Shown here piece after piece: positions 10,443 through 20,700 of a stretch of 64,000 bases of DNA. The DNA comes from a virus (lineage: Duplodnaviria; Caudoviricetes), in the IMG/VR virus record IMGVR_UViG_3300022746_000020, positions 10,656 through 74,655 of that record. One strand, written 5' to 3'. The notes beneath the pieces are model-generated. The model worked only from the letters and a program-made list of their open reading frames with translations. It did no database searches and was not told the DNA's origin. Every line of letters begins with the position of its first letter. Positions within the stretch are counted from its first letter, which is position 1. A program made the translations under genes and the position numbers.

Positions 10443-11125
10443 ATCATTCTAATGCGATCGTTGAATTCACCTACATGAAAGTAGTCGTGACCATAGTTCA
10501 GTAAATACAATTCATTATATTCAACGGCATGTTGGTGATCGCTGGGCATTCTGCCTATTGCATCTCGGGGCTCGAAGTACTTTAATATACCAGTATTCTT
10601 TCTAATCGTTTCGTCTACGAAATTTTGCTCGCCGTTAACAGGGGGATGCGCCAATCGTCGGTCGAGAATATAATGCTGCATCCAGTATTGCGGACGATCG
10701 TAAAACGTATCAGGGACATATTGATGATCGCCCCCGATGAACTTATAGAGGCCACCGTTAATGGTAAAGCCTTTTCCTTTATAGCGAGTCCACCAGCGAT
10801 ATGGAGCTATCAACTCGTTTGATTTTACTTCCTGATTGAATATATCAGTTACATCACCAACGAACGTCCAGTCTATATCTGATACAAAGACGACATCGCC
10901 TTTTGGTGCCATCCTAAACACATCCATCTTATACCACTGACGTCTCCCATCATCATTTTCGATAGGTATTACTTCGATCGACGCATCATATGATGACCTG
11001 TCGTATGAAGTATAGCAGTGTATTTTGAAATCAATATTGACGTGATCTTTGAGCTGTCGCTCAAATCTTCTTACATGCTCTGGGGTATAGTTTGGTCCAG
11101 TGCAGATTACATACATCGGCGTCAT
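10427..11125 (-). CDS. Glycosyltransferase-like protein (GT-A fold)
   Basis: ICTGPNYTPEHV, CYT, QWYKMDVF, FVSDID (DxD), INGGLY, GEQNFV; resembles 12154-12828. Confidence 0.65.
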   Translation of the reverse strand: MTPMYVICTGPNYTPEHVRRFERQLKDHVNIDFKIHCYTSYDRSSYDASIEVIPIENDDGRRQWYKMDVFRMAPKGDVVFVSDIDWTFVGDVTDIFNQEVKSNELIAPYRWWTRYKGKGFTINGGLYKFIGGDHQYVPDTFYDRPQYWMQHYILDRRLAHPPVNGEQNFVDETIRKNTGILKYFEPRDAIGRMPSDHQHAVEYNELYLLNYGHDYFHVGEFNDRIRMIQSVL

Positions 11126-11126
11126 A

Positions 11127-11735
11127 TTAAAATGTATATTTAAATGTGTCTATGTCTTTTTGGTAGTACGTTGTAACTTTGTTTTTCGTATCGGTTGTAT
11201 AGTATGTTTTGTAGTCGTCGGTGGATGACTGTCTGACCATACCCAATGGAGCATAGCAACCAAACATATCTTGGACAGTTTTAAAATCACTATCCAAGCT
11301 TTCAGTCCTCAGTATCGTATCGACAGAATCGTCTATCCAGTCTACTTGTGGTGTTGACATTCTAAACCAATAATCTAGATTGACTTGTCGTCCATTCACA
11401 GCATACGATTTGTCGTTTAGGTCTCCATCGATGTAGTTGAATATGAAGTCATCGAATGAAGGAAAATCAGTGTAGCCGTCAACCGTCGATATGCCCGTCT
11501 CGAAGCGTTTTTTGTGGTATGTGTAAAAGCTAACTGCTCTTGCCCAAGGATTACGCACTACTGTAAATGCATGATCAACACGGCCATCACATGACGCTCT
11601 AAGCGTGCCAATATTCGGATGGTTCATCTTAAAGTGTTCGGTTACTGGTGTATTCTTAATCATCCACTGAGCGACGCTACTTCCGCCAGTCTTTGGAATG
11701 TGTACATATAGTATGCCGAGCGATAGTACTGACAT
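11127..11735 (-). CDS. Sulfotransferase (Sulfotransfer_2 family)
   Basis: 5'-PSB motif YVHIPKTGGSS, 3'-PB motif VRNPWARAVSFY, PQVDW, C-terminal YYQKDIDTFKYTF. Confidence 0.85.
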   Translation of the reverse strand: MSVLSLGILYVHIPKTGGSSVAQWMIKNTPVTEHFKMNHPNIGTLRASCDGRVDHAFTVVRNPWARAVSFYTYHKKRFETGISTVDGYTDFPSFDDFIFNYIDGDLNDKSYAVNGRQVNLDYWFRMSTPQVDWIDDSVDTILRTESLDSDFKTVQDMFGCYAPLGMVRQSSTDDYKTYYTTDTKNKVTTYYQKDIDTFKYTF

Positions 11736-11740
11736 TGTTC

Positions 11741-12163
11741 TTACTCCATGATGTGGTTAAAAATATACTGAGCCCAATGCACGGCATTTTTCTCAGTGAT
11801 ATGGAAATCGACTGCCTTCGGCTTAACGAATGCTTTGTTAGTATCTTCGTGTATGCTCTGGTCAATTGTGTCGACCCATACTGTGTAGTCGGCCTTGAAA
11901 TTATCTCTTTGGATTGGCAGCGCTGCCACAAAGTCAGCAATCACGTAATCAGTAATTGCTTGCTCAGCTAGGTTATGCATACGGACCGACTGTCTTATGC
12001 GGCCTTCATCGCTGAAATCCCAATCATCATATTGCTTGCGTATGATGTCAGCATTCAACCACGTGGTAGTATACCTATGGTCACACAATTGCTCGTTCAA
12101 TGCCGCGGCTAGTGTAGTTTTTCCAGCTCCAGGAAGACCCATAATCAATATTTTTATTGCCAT
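11741..12163 (-). CDS. cysC: Adenylyl-sulfate (APS) kinase-like P-loop protein
   Basis: ILIMGLPGAGKTTLA, LNADIIRK..DDWDFSDEGRIRQ, VIADFVA; shorter than cellular CysC; start ATG 12163. Confidence 0.65.
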   Translation of the reverse strand: MAIKILIMGLPGAGKTTLAAALNEQLCDHRYTTTWLNADIIRKQYDDWDFSDEGRIRQSVRMHNLAEQAITDYVIADFVAALPIQRDNFKADYTVWVDTIDQSIHEDTNKAFVKPKAVDFHITEKNAVHWAQYIFNHIME

Positions 12164-12828
12164 AGCTTCACCACCCACTCATCCACTACATCGACCTGTT
12201 TCGTTTGGCCATGAAATAAACAAACATCATATGTTGGTCGGTACTTGGCTTGAACTTGGTCACACAAATTTGCACCCTTGCGATATGAGTATACTATTCC
12301 CATTGGAAGTGTGTCGACCTTGATGCCCTCATGCCAAAGAAACCTGTCGACTCCCTTATACACAGCCATGTATTTTTCTGGGTCTTGGATGAAGTATTCG
12401 TATATGTATGATGCATCTTTCCATATCATCACACTAGAGTTGTACATCGTATTGCGCTCTTGTATGTCTTTGAGTATCGATGGGTCCTTCCAATAAGCCA
12501 TGCAGATTGTCAGATTGTCGGATGCCTTTTCAAACAAACGCTCAATGTCGCCATGAATAACCACATCCAAGTCAAATAGAATCTTAGTATCGAACTGCTT
12601 TAATGTTGGATGATTGAGCAGTGGTATCTTGAACCACCACTTTTCGTAGTCATATTCTGGTTCAATTGGAAGGATGTGAATCGATTGGTCGATACCAGTT
12701 GGATCATCCGTGTAGCAATAAATAGGGGTATGTGGATTGCCCCATCGACGAATCATCGATGCTAGTTTATTGACGTAATCGGCCGAATACTTCTGGCCCC
12801 ACTTCAGGCAGACATAACAATTTTTCAT
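12154..12828 (-). CDS. Glycosyltransferase-like protein (GT-A fold)
   Basis: VCLKWGQKYSADYVNKL, CYTDDP, WWFKIPL, LFDLDVVI (DxD), YNSSVMIW, CLFHG. Confidence 0.75.
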   Translation of the reverse strand: MKNCYVCLKWGQKYSADYVNKLASMIRRWGNPHTPIYCYTDDPTGIDQSIHILPIEPEYDYEKWWFKIPLLNHPTLKQFDTKILFDLDVVIHGDIERLFEKASDNLTICMAYWKDPSILKDIQERNTMYNSSVMIWKDASYIYEYFIQDPEKYMAVYKGVDRFLWHEGIKVDTLPMGIVYSYRKGANLCDQVQAKYRPTYDVCLFHGQTKQVDVVDEWVVKLWQ

Positions 12829-12850
12829 ATTATAATGTGTTGAGGAACGT

Positions 12851-13888
12851 ATGTATATTTATCGTGATGGAATTGAATCGATGCACGTCGAGCTTACTAA
12901 TAAATGTAACGCTCGGTGTCCTCAATGCTCGCGCACCAACAATTCTACGGTCGAAGACAACCCTGCTGAAATAACTTTGGAGCAGTTCAAGCGATATTTT
13001 GATACTACCTTTATTGCAGGGTTGAAGAAAATTAAATTCTGCGGAAACTTTGGCGATCCTGCTGTGGCTAAGGATTGTATACGCATACATGAATATATCA
13101 TCGAATGCAATCCAAATATAGGACTTACGTTCGACACCAATGGTGGAATAAGAACAACGACGTTCTGGAAGCAGTTAGGCAAATTCTACATAGACAGACC
13201 GAACAGCTACATCATCTTCCACATCGACGGAATGGAAGATACAAACCACATATACAGAGCTGATGTCAATTTCTCTAACGTAATGAAGAATGCAAAGGCT
13301 GCAATATCTACTGGCGCGCAGGTAGTGTGGGCATTCATTCCATTCATGCATAACGAACATCAGGTCGAGGAGGCAGAGGAGCTGGCCAAGACTATGGGGT
13401 TCTATAAATTTGCTGTTAAGATTAGCTCACGGTTCGAACATAAAATGAAGCCATTCCCATACAAAGATCAGAAGACGGGAACGATGAAGCAAATATACCC
13501 AACAACGTCGCCTGAATTTAATGTCAGCGATTTGCTGGTGAATTTGGATAAGCCTATTTGTGCTGCTGAAAAGAGAAAAGAGATTTACATAGATGCACGA
13601 GGACGTGTACATCCGTGCTGCTGGTATGGATCAGGATATGAGACGAAACCTGCATTCAAGGCAGCTGTTGATAAGATCCACACGCCAAATCTAGATAGTA
13701 TTGGCATTAAGGACGCGATCGATACGCCGTTGTTCCATGGTATCAAGCAGGCATGGGACAGGCCAGAAGATGTAACAAATGCCCCTTGCTATAAATCTTG
13801 TAGTGGAAAAATAATGCATTTTTGGATGGTGGATGGCGTAACTATTCCACAAAAGAATTATGCTGATTGGATGAAGAGCGATCTATGA
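12851..13888 (+). CDS. Radical SAM enzyme with C-terminal SPASM/Twitch-like domain
   Basis: ELTNKCNARCPQC (CxxxCxxC), FCGNFGDP, TNGG, FHIDG, C-terminal C...YIDARGRVHPCC...C..SC; RBS GAGGA. Confidence 0.9.
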   Translation: MYIYRDGIESMHVELTNKCNARCPQCSRTNNSTVEDNPAEITLEQFKRYFDTTFIAGLKKIKFCGNFGDPAVAKDCIRIHEYIIECNPNIGLTFDTNGGIRTTTFWKQLGKFYIDRPNSYIIFHIDGMEDTNHIYRADVNFSNVMKNAKAAISTGAQVVWAFIPFMHNEHQVEEAEELAKTMGFYKFAVKISSRFEHKMKPFPYKDQKTGTMKQIYPTTSPEFNVSDLLVNLDKPICAAEKRKEIYIDARGRVHPCCWYGSGYETKPAFKAAVDKIHTPNLDSIGIKDAIDTPLFHGIKQAWDRPEDVTNAPCYKSCSGKIMHFWMVDGVTIPQKNYADWMKSDL

Positions 13889-14490
13889 TTATCGAAGTAG
13901 AGCGTGGCGATTTCACACACGTGTTTGCTGATGAACCCAACGAGACGTGGAGTTACATTCAGAGAGCAACAGCACAAGAAGATAAGTCATACTCTGGACT
14001 GAAGATAGGTCCAGCTGAAAAATACACAATGTGTAACGTGCTATGCTATAAGGGTGAGCCGATGCAATTCTTTACTATGAATGGCAGTAGCTTTGGAGAG
14101 GGAGTATTGAGATGTTATACAGCACAATACACGCTGAAGAAGTTCAGGGCATTCAAGTCTGTAAATAATGTTCGCACAGCGTTGCATGAGACTGTAAATT
14201 ATTACAGCAATGTCTGGCCATTAATATCACCACATCTTCCAACATACAACCTATTCTTCTTTAGTAGATTGTATGGGCAGAGCAGCTTGGAGAAATTCTT
14301 TAAGTCGAGTCTAGATCACCCAGAGCTGTGGACGTTTGGCGGAGAACACCTCTACCGCATAGGGCGGAACGAACAAAAACCGACAGCATGGAAGTATGTC
14401 AATTACATGGGGGACGTTAGTCTCCTCGCTCGTCCTCGTCTAACCACCGAGGAATACGTTTCGCGGTTTCAGGATCAAATACCCGGATAA
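13885..14490 (+). CDS. Hypothetical protein (GNAT-like fold possible)
   Basis: ATGA-coupled to radical SAM gene; segment GVLRCYTAQYTLKKFR loosely recalls GNAT motif A; fold call is weak. Confidence 0.5.
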   Translation: MIIEVERGDFTHVFADEPNETWSYIQRATAQEDKSYSGLKIGPAEKYTMCNVLCYKGEPMQFFTMNGSSFGEGVLRCYTAQYTLKKFRAFKSVNNVRTALHETVNYYSNVWPLISPHLPTYNLFFFSRLYGQSSLEKFFKSSLDHPELWTFGGEHLYRIGRNEQKPTAWKYVNYMGDVSLLARPRLTTEEYVSRFQDQIPG

Positions 14491-15160
14491 ATGTCAAATA
14501 GGGAATATCGACTAACCCAGTCCGTGCCTCATTTGGGTATTTGTGGTGGGTAGCGTGATATGTCTCGGCGCTAAACAACAATGCATGGGCATGCGATAGA
14601 TTGATTGGTTTATATCCATCGTGGGCAATATAGTTGATTGTCGCTTGTAGCAAATACACTACGCCATTGATAATGAACCACGACAGCGGTCCAAACAACC
14701 ACGACCACAATACGAAATATACAATAACAATTGTAAAGTAGTATTCTAACTGCAAAGTATACAATCGATCCTTCCAAAGCCGACCAGCATACTTGAGGTC
14801 GGTGTTGTAGAAGGATATCAATGCATTCTTGATAAACCCAACTTGTGGTCCATGTGGATCCTCAGCTGTATCTGAAAATCGATGATGCTTTCTATGAATC
14901 GATACCCACGATATTGCTGGTGTAAATGCATGACCTGCTGCAACGATCGTTAAAAATATCTGGAGCCACCGCGGACACTTCCACGCACCATGGCTCAAGC
15001 ATCTATGATAAAAAGCAGCAGCGATTATTCCCACTAGCCATATACCATACACCAACCACCCATACACATACAACGACGGCATGAAAATACAAGCGTAGGT
15101 TGTGATTCCAGCAGATACTAAGAATAGTGTTTGCTGGATGTATTTTCCATAATGCATCAT
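14417..15160 (-). CDS. Membrane fatty-acid desaturase (delta-9/DesC-like)
   Basis: Three His boxes FYHRCLSH, HRKHHRFSDT..DPH, YHATHH; hydrophobic transmembrane stretches. Confidence 0.85.
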   Translation of the reverse strand: MMHYGKYIQQTLFLVSAGITTYACIFMPSLYVYGWLVYGIWLVGIIAAAFYHRCLSHGAWKCPRWLQIFLTIVAAGHAFTPAISWVSIHRKHHRFSDTAEDPHGPQVGFIKNALISFYNTDLKYAGRLWKDRLYTLQLEYYFTIVIVYFVLWSWLFGPLSWFIINGVVYLLQATINYIAHDGYKPINLSHAHALLFSAETYHATHHKYPNEARTGLVDIPYLTFIRVFDPETAKRIPRWLDEDERGD

Positions 15161-15954
15161 AACGGCGTGTGTGTCAGTTTAATGCCAAATACTTTGAGTG
15201 CTTCTTCGGTTTGCCAGTGGATGTCTGAGTTGATCATATCACACATCGTCTGGTGATCGGCCCAGTGTATTTCATAAGACCGTGCGTTGTGTTCATTGGT
15301 CGCATGAAGTTTGTGCACTTTCTTAGTACGATACATTGCCTGTGTTAACGACATTGTAAAGTTTTGCTCTATCGTCGATGCTATATCCCTTTTGCCTGTA
15401 AACAAACCCATACAATTGCAATCCGAGTAGTCGTACGACAGCTTTGATACGAACGTCTGTGAAGGATTCGGCACGTCGCATTCGTGCTCAGTCATCACCA
15501 AATGGATCCGTGGCTCGACACCACCATTGATAGCTGTGTGATGGCATTCAGAAGAGTTTATCTTTCTCAATTGGCCATCGGCTGGTAAATGAACACCAGT
15601 GCGACGATCATAATCGTAGTAGAAAGAGCCAGGATTCTCAATCACCGATATATGATACTTGTCATCAGGGTCTGTGTGGTGTCGTAGGCACATCCCTTCC
15701 GGAATGTATATGAATACAGCTCTATTCAAATTGAAAGGGACACGCATGAGAATATCTTCAAATATCGTTCCTTCTAAGATAGGATTGATCTTTGTTCGGC
15801 GGACGTAGGTAAACATTTCCTCGTCAGGATTTTCTGCAAATACTGCAGGTATAATCGAATTGCGTGTGAGGTGTGGAAGTACCTTATTGTACCAGTCGGC
15901 ACGGATTTGCCATGCATCCCACTTATACCCAACGACGTCTTTTACTTGGTTCAT
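15157..15954 (-). CDS. 2OG-Fe(II) hydroxylase, Asp/Asn beta-hydroxylase-like, with C-terminal extension
   Basis: LRHHTDPD (HxD), YHI, HLPADG, HHTAINGG.EPRIHLV (distal His, Arg). Confidence 0.7.
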   Translation of the reverse strand: MNQVKDVVGYKWDAWQIRADWYNKVLPHLTRNSIIPAVFAENPDEEMFTYVRRTKINPILEGTIFEDILMRVPFNLNRAVFIYIPEGMCLRHHTDPDDKYHISVIENPGSFYYDYDRRTGVHLPADGQLRKINSSECHHTAINGGVEPRIHLVMTEHECDVPNPSQTFVSKLSYDYSDCNCMGLFTGKRDIASTIEQNFTMSLTQAMYRTKKVHKLHATNEHNARSYEIHWADHQTMCDMINSDIHWQTEEALKVFGIKLTHTPL

Positions 15955-16157
15955 GCTCTAGTCCTCACTGAGGAATTATGGTGTGTCGTGGGAGCTGCCA
16001 TATCATACAACGCAAACTTCGGATTTGCGATTTTATCCATCAGCCCCTTTTCTGCAGAATCCTTATCACCATCTACATGGACAAACACCTTGTCCTGTAT
16101 TCTGGCCAGCGCCATCACGCGTCCATTGCGTTCTTTGTATTCAATTTTCATATTCAA
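15951..16157 (-). CDS. Small hypothetical protein
   Basis: 68 aa, overlaps both neighbours on the same strand. Confidence 0.55.
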   Translation of the reverse strand: MNMKIEYKERNGRVMALARIQDKVFVHVDGDKDSAEKGLMDKIANPKFALYDMAAPTTHHNSSVRTRA

Positions 16158-17289
16158 TCACCATCGAGGAACATTTGCCACCAAACCCAAACGAGTTGTT
16201 CAGAGTATATGCTGTCTGCTTTGTGTAGTTTGTTGGCGTTTTAATTAGATTATTATTTATATCGAACGACGATGTTTGAAGGTTATGGGTATGTGGAATG
16301 ACACTTCGCTTCATCGCCTCAATACTATAGATTGTTTCAATAACACCAGCAGCTGCCATAGTATGGCCGATCTTGCCTTTGTTGCTATAGATTGGCACAT
16401 CCCCTAGCGTATACAATATTGCATTATATTCAACCTCATCGCCAGCTGGCGTGCTAGTACCATGCGCATTGACGAAATCGATGTTAGGGCCACCAGCATT
16501 GCTGATTGCTTTCTTCATAGCCGTTATTGCGCCCTCTCCTGATGGGGAGGTTCTATCATGCGCATCGGAAGCGTTTCCAGCTGGATATAAGTATGCATGT
16601 ATGGTTGCACCTCGTGCTTTAGCCTTTTCCTCCGACTCTAGAATCAGAACACCAGCTCCCGACCCCATCACGAATCCTTCACGGTTGTCGTCAAAAGGCG
16701 CTGACTTATTTCCTAGCGCGGTCAATTGGCAGAAGAAACTAAGATCGATTGGGTTGACGCCGTGGTCTGCACCTCCGACAATGACATAATCATATTCGTC
16801 GAGTAGTTTCATTCCATAGTCGATGCTGACGATGCCGGTGGAACATGCAGAGTAAATTGATAGATTGACACCAGTGAACCCGTGTTGTTGAGATACGGCG
16901 CTACATAAGGAATCAACCATTACGTTGAGGGTCTTCTTGATTGAGTACCTTTTCTCGGATGTTTGGGCTTCATACCGAAGCTCATTTCCGCCAGTGACTG
17001 AAGATAGAATTACAGCAACGTTCTTCGTATCTGGCACATCGGCCATTTTGAGGGCTTGCTCGGTGGCATATATGCCATAAATCATCGTCTTGGATAGGTG
17101 TACTTTTGGCACGCCTATTTCGAGGTCAGTATCATCGACCGTACAGCCGCGATTAACATACGCGTGGCGGATATTTTCGCAGTCAACGTGGGAGGTATAG
17201 TCGTGAGGATCGATCAGTTTGTCGAAATTCGAAGAAGGATCGCGACCCAAACAGTCAATCATTCCATACCCAGTTACACAAGCTCTCAT
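16141..17289 (-). CDS. fabF: Beta-ketoacyl-ACP synthase II-like condensing enzyme
   Basis: Catalytic triad motifs SACSTG, NAHGTST, KIGHT; PFDDNREGFVMGSGAG; NSFGFGG; RBS GGAG. Confidence 0.9.
   Translation of the reverse strand: MRACVTGYGMIDCLGRDPSSNFDKLIDPHDYTSHVDCENIRHAYVNRGCTVDDTDLEIGVPKVHLSKTMIYGIYATEQALKMADVPDTKNVAVILSSVTGGNELRYEAQTSEKRYSIKKTLNVMVDSLCSAVSQQHGFTGVNLSIYSACSTGIVSIDYGMKLLDEYDYVIVGGADHGVNPIDLSFFCQLTALGNKSAPFDDNREGFVMGSGAGVLILESEEKAKARGATIHAYLYPAGNASDAHDRTSPSGEGAITAMKKAISNAGGPNIDFVNAHGTSTPAGDEVEYNAILYTLGDVPIYSNKGKIGHTMAAAGVIETIYSIEAMKRSVIPHTHNLQTSSFDINNNLIKTPTNYTKQTAYTLNNSFGFGGKCSSMVIEYEN
16254..16261 (-). promoter_or_regulatory. Possible T4-type late promoter on minus strand
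   Basis: TATAAATA on minus strand inside fabF 3' end, ~100 nt upstream of 16157 start. Confidence 0.35.
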
Positions 17290-17336
17290 AATATCTCCAT
17301 TAATCTAGTATTATTATCTAGGCGATCTTGACATCT

Positions 17337-17344
17337 TATAAATA
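17337..17344 (+). promoter_or_regulatory. T4-type late promoter
   Basis: Exact TATAAATA, intergenic, 30 nt before ATG 17374. Confidence 0.8.
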
Positions 17345-17373
17345 AAGAAGACACTTCAAACTGCGAAAAAACC

Positions 17374-17703
17374 ATGGCAATTAAAGCAAATCTGATCATC
17401 GACCAAGGGACCACATACTCAACTTCCATCGATATTACCGATGATAACGATATGCCAGTCGATCTGACTGGGTATACAGGTTCCGCTCAGATAAGAAAAC
17501 ACTATTCATCGTCAAATTCCACACCATTTGCTGTATCGATCGATGCGGCTGACGGCGTTGTAACGTTGGGTTTGACGTCGACGCAGACTGGCGCTTTGAC
17601 GGCCGGTCGTTTTGTATATGATGTAGAGCTTACAAACACATCTGGTGTTGTTTCTCGGATTGTGGAAGGAATAGTTACGGTCACCCCACAAGTTACGAGA
17701 TAA
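17374..17703 (+). CDS. Small Ig-like virion structural/anchor protein
   Basis: ANLIIDQGTTYS...DLTGYT..AQIRKHYSS...AGRFVYDVE...RIVEGIVTVTPQVTR, common in T4-like environmental phages. Confidence 0.7.
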   Translation: MAIKANLIIDQGTTYSTSIDITDDNDMPVDLTGYTGSAQIRKHYSSSNSTPFAVSIDAADGVVTLGLTSTQTGALTAGRFVYDVELTNTSGVVSRIVEGIVTVTPQVTR

Positions 17704-17708
17704 AATAG

Positions 17709-20700
17709 ATGGCAAATACCGTTTTCCAAACCCCAAAGATTAAGGTTCGTGTAAAGAACGACGGTGCCTTAGCACCAACGCAAGCACTTACACTACGCAA
17801 TGCTGTTGGCTCTGGCCGTAGGTTGGATGAGCTGACGGACGTCACTACTACCAACGTAGCCAATGCGTACATCATTATCTACAATGCGAATTCCGCTACA
17901 TGGGTGGCACATCGCGCACCTACGATCACCGGCAATGTGTTTCAAATTGCGGTATCGAACACATATAACGACTTTGACTGGAGTCTGTCGTTCCCAAATA
18001 ACGTCATTATTGCCAATAACCTAAACGTTGGCAATAGTTTCAGCATTGTCGATCAAACGACGACCGCTAATAATCTAGACATCACAGGCGCGATCAACAG
18101 AGATCCGACAATCACGATCAATCTGTCTGGCGACGTCGCAGGTTCTGGAAATACCACGCTAACGAATTTAGCGAATGGTGTAATCAACATCACAACGACT
18201 AATCAGTTCGATAGTATTGAGCTTGGCGTCGATACAACTGGCTCATATGTCGGCAACGTGGCTCCAGGAACTGGTGTTCACATTACGGGTGCTGGCGGCG
18301 AAAACAGCCAGCCTACATTCTCGATCGGTCAACCAGTTGAAACTGATTCTGAAGTTAACTTCGGTAACACAACTGCACATGGCTTTGCAAACGTAACAGG
18401 CACGTTGCAAGTATCTGGACGTACTGATCTACGTGATACTGGTATTGATGGTACGTTGCGCGTCAACTATACAGCTAATTTGGCTGGCAACGTTGAAATT
18501 CGTGGCACCGCTACAGTCAATGGCGCAACCGTTATTGCTAATACTTTGGCTGTAGGGAATACGACTGTCGTTGGTTCGATTAACGTATCATCCACTGCCA
18601 ATGTAGGCGGCGATGCTACTATTCATGGTGGTTTGGTTGTCAATGGCGCAGTAACAATTGCTAACACAGCCAACATCAGTGGCAATGCAGCAATCGCCGG
18701 AACACTAACGACTAAGAATGTCGTTCCAGATGCTAACAACGCATATGCTCTCGGTACACCTGAAATGCGATACACTGAGTTGTATCTCAGTGGCAATACG
18801 CTTGTTGTCGGCAATGCTGTTATTTCGGATGCTGGAACTGTTCTAAGTGCTCAGACTCCAACTGGCGATCCTATCGCATTCGACGTTGGCAATACGAGCG
18901 TACAAGGAACGCTGACAGTTCGCGAGACTGTTTCTTCTAACACACTCGTTGCTAATGCAATCTCTGTTGCCGAGAGCTCAGACTTTTATGGTAACACACA
19001 AATTCACGGCCCTGCAATCGTTAATGGTGCAGTTACCATCGCAAACACAATTGCTACAGGTAATGCAACAGTTACTGGCTATGCGAACGTAACAGGACAA
19101 CTTCAAACAGGAACATTGCTTTCTGGTAATGCTGATGTTGTAGGTTATATCAACGTTTCATCAACCGCGAATATCGGCGGCAATGCAACCATCAACGGCC
19201 AAGTGTCGGTTACGAATGCGATTGCGACAGGCAATTCGACTGTTACTGGTTTCTTAGAAGTATCTTCCACGGCCAACATCGGTGGCGCTGTAACTGCTCG
19301 TAGCACAGTCGCTGTTAATGGTGCTGTTACTATTGCAAATACGCTTGCTACTGGCAATTCGACTGTTACTGGATTCATCAACGTATCATCGACTGCAAAC
19401 GTCGGCGGCGATCTGACTGCACGTAGCCGAATCATCGCCAACGGCTCAGTAACAATTGCAAACACTCTTGCTGCTGGTAACACGACTGTTACTGGTTTCT
19501 TAGAAGTATCTTCATCAGCAAACGTTGGTGGCAACTTAGCTGCTCATGGCAACATGACAGTCAATGGTGCTGTAAATATCGCCAACACTCTAGCGGCTGG
19601 TAATACTACAATCACTGGCATCGCGAACGTCCAAGGTAATGTTGTCGTTACAGATACGCTTGCTGGTAATAACTTAACACTGACTGGTAACCTAACGGTT
19701 TCCGGTACAACCACTTATATCAACACAACTGCATTGAATATTGGTGACAATATCATCACGCTCAATGCTGATATGGCTGGCGTTCCACTTGAGAATGCTG
19801 GTATCGACATCAACCGTGGCACATCTGCTAATGTTCAGTTCCTTTGGGACGAGTTGAACGATAGATGGTCAACGAATGGTAGCAATTTAGCTGTTGGCGC
19901 AAACGTCGTTATCAATACTACTGACATTACAGTAGGTAATACGACTGTCAATACATTCGCCAACTCTACAACGATCGTTGCAAACAACATCAACGTTGCC
20001 ACAATCAACCGCAACCCAAACATTGTTGTTTCGTTGACTGGTGATGTTGTTGGTACTGCTAACGCAACACTAACAAACTTGGCAAATGGTAGCATTACGC
20101 TATCAACAACAATTCAACCGAATGCTGTTGAGCTTGGTATCGATACTTCGGGATCATATGTTGGTAATGTCGTACCAGGAACTGGTGTATACATCACTGG
20201 AGCTGGTGGTGAGAATAGCCAACCTACGTTTGCAATCGGCCAGCCAGTCGATACAACATCTGCTGTTACGTTTGGTAACACAACAATCAATGGCACTGCC
20301 AATGTCTCTGGTAAGGTAGTTGCTGGTACTATCGATTCAGGAAATGTATCGGTAACTGGCTTCATTAATGTCACATCGACTGCCAACATCGGTGGCAATA
20401 TCACTGCTCGTGGTGATGTAACCGTTAATGGTGCTGTTGTAGTTGCAAACACAATCGCAACTGGTAATGCAACTGTAGCTGGTTATGCCAACGTTATTGG
20501 CAATCTAAATGCAGTGACTGCTACGGTAGGAAACACAATTGTATCTGGCTCATTGGCTAGTGGCAATACAACTGTAACCGGTTTCATCAACGTTTCTTCT
20601 ACCGCTAATGTAGGCGGAGCTGTTACCCTGAGAGACAGCTTGACCGTTAATGGAGCTGTCTTAATATCTAATACATTGAGCAGCGGCAATACGACTATAG

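Noticed and set aside
9834-13888. 7-deazaguanine DNA modification cluster (QueC plus QueE-like radical SAM)
   Set aside because: The radical SAM has a SPASM/Twitch-like tail unlike QueE, and queD, folE and dpdA are absent from the window; cannot be excluded for the rest of the genome
15951-16157. Acyl carrier protein next to fabF
   Set aside because: DKDSAE does not match the GxDSL phosphopantetheine motif and the sequence is not acidic and all-helical like ACP
17328-17333. Sigma70 promoter from TTGACA
   Set aside because: No plausible -10 hexamer at 16-18 nt spacing; the adjacent TATAAATA late promoter explains the site
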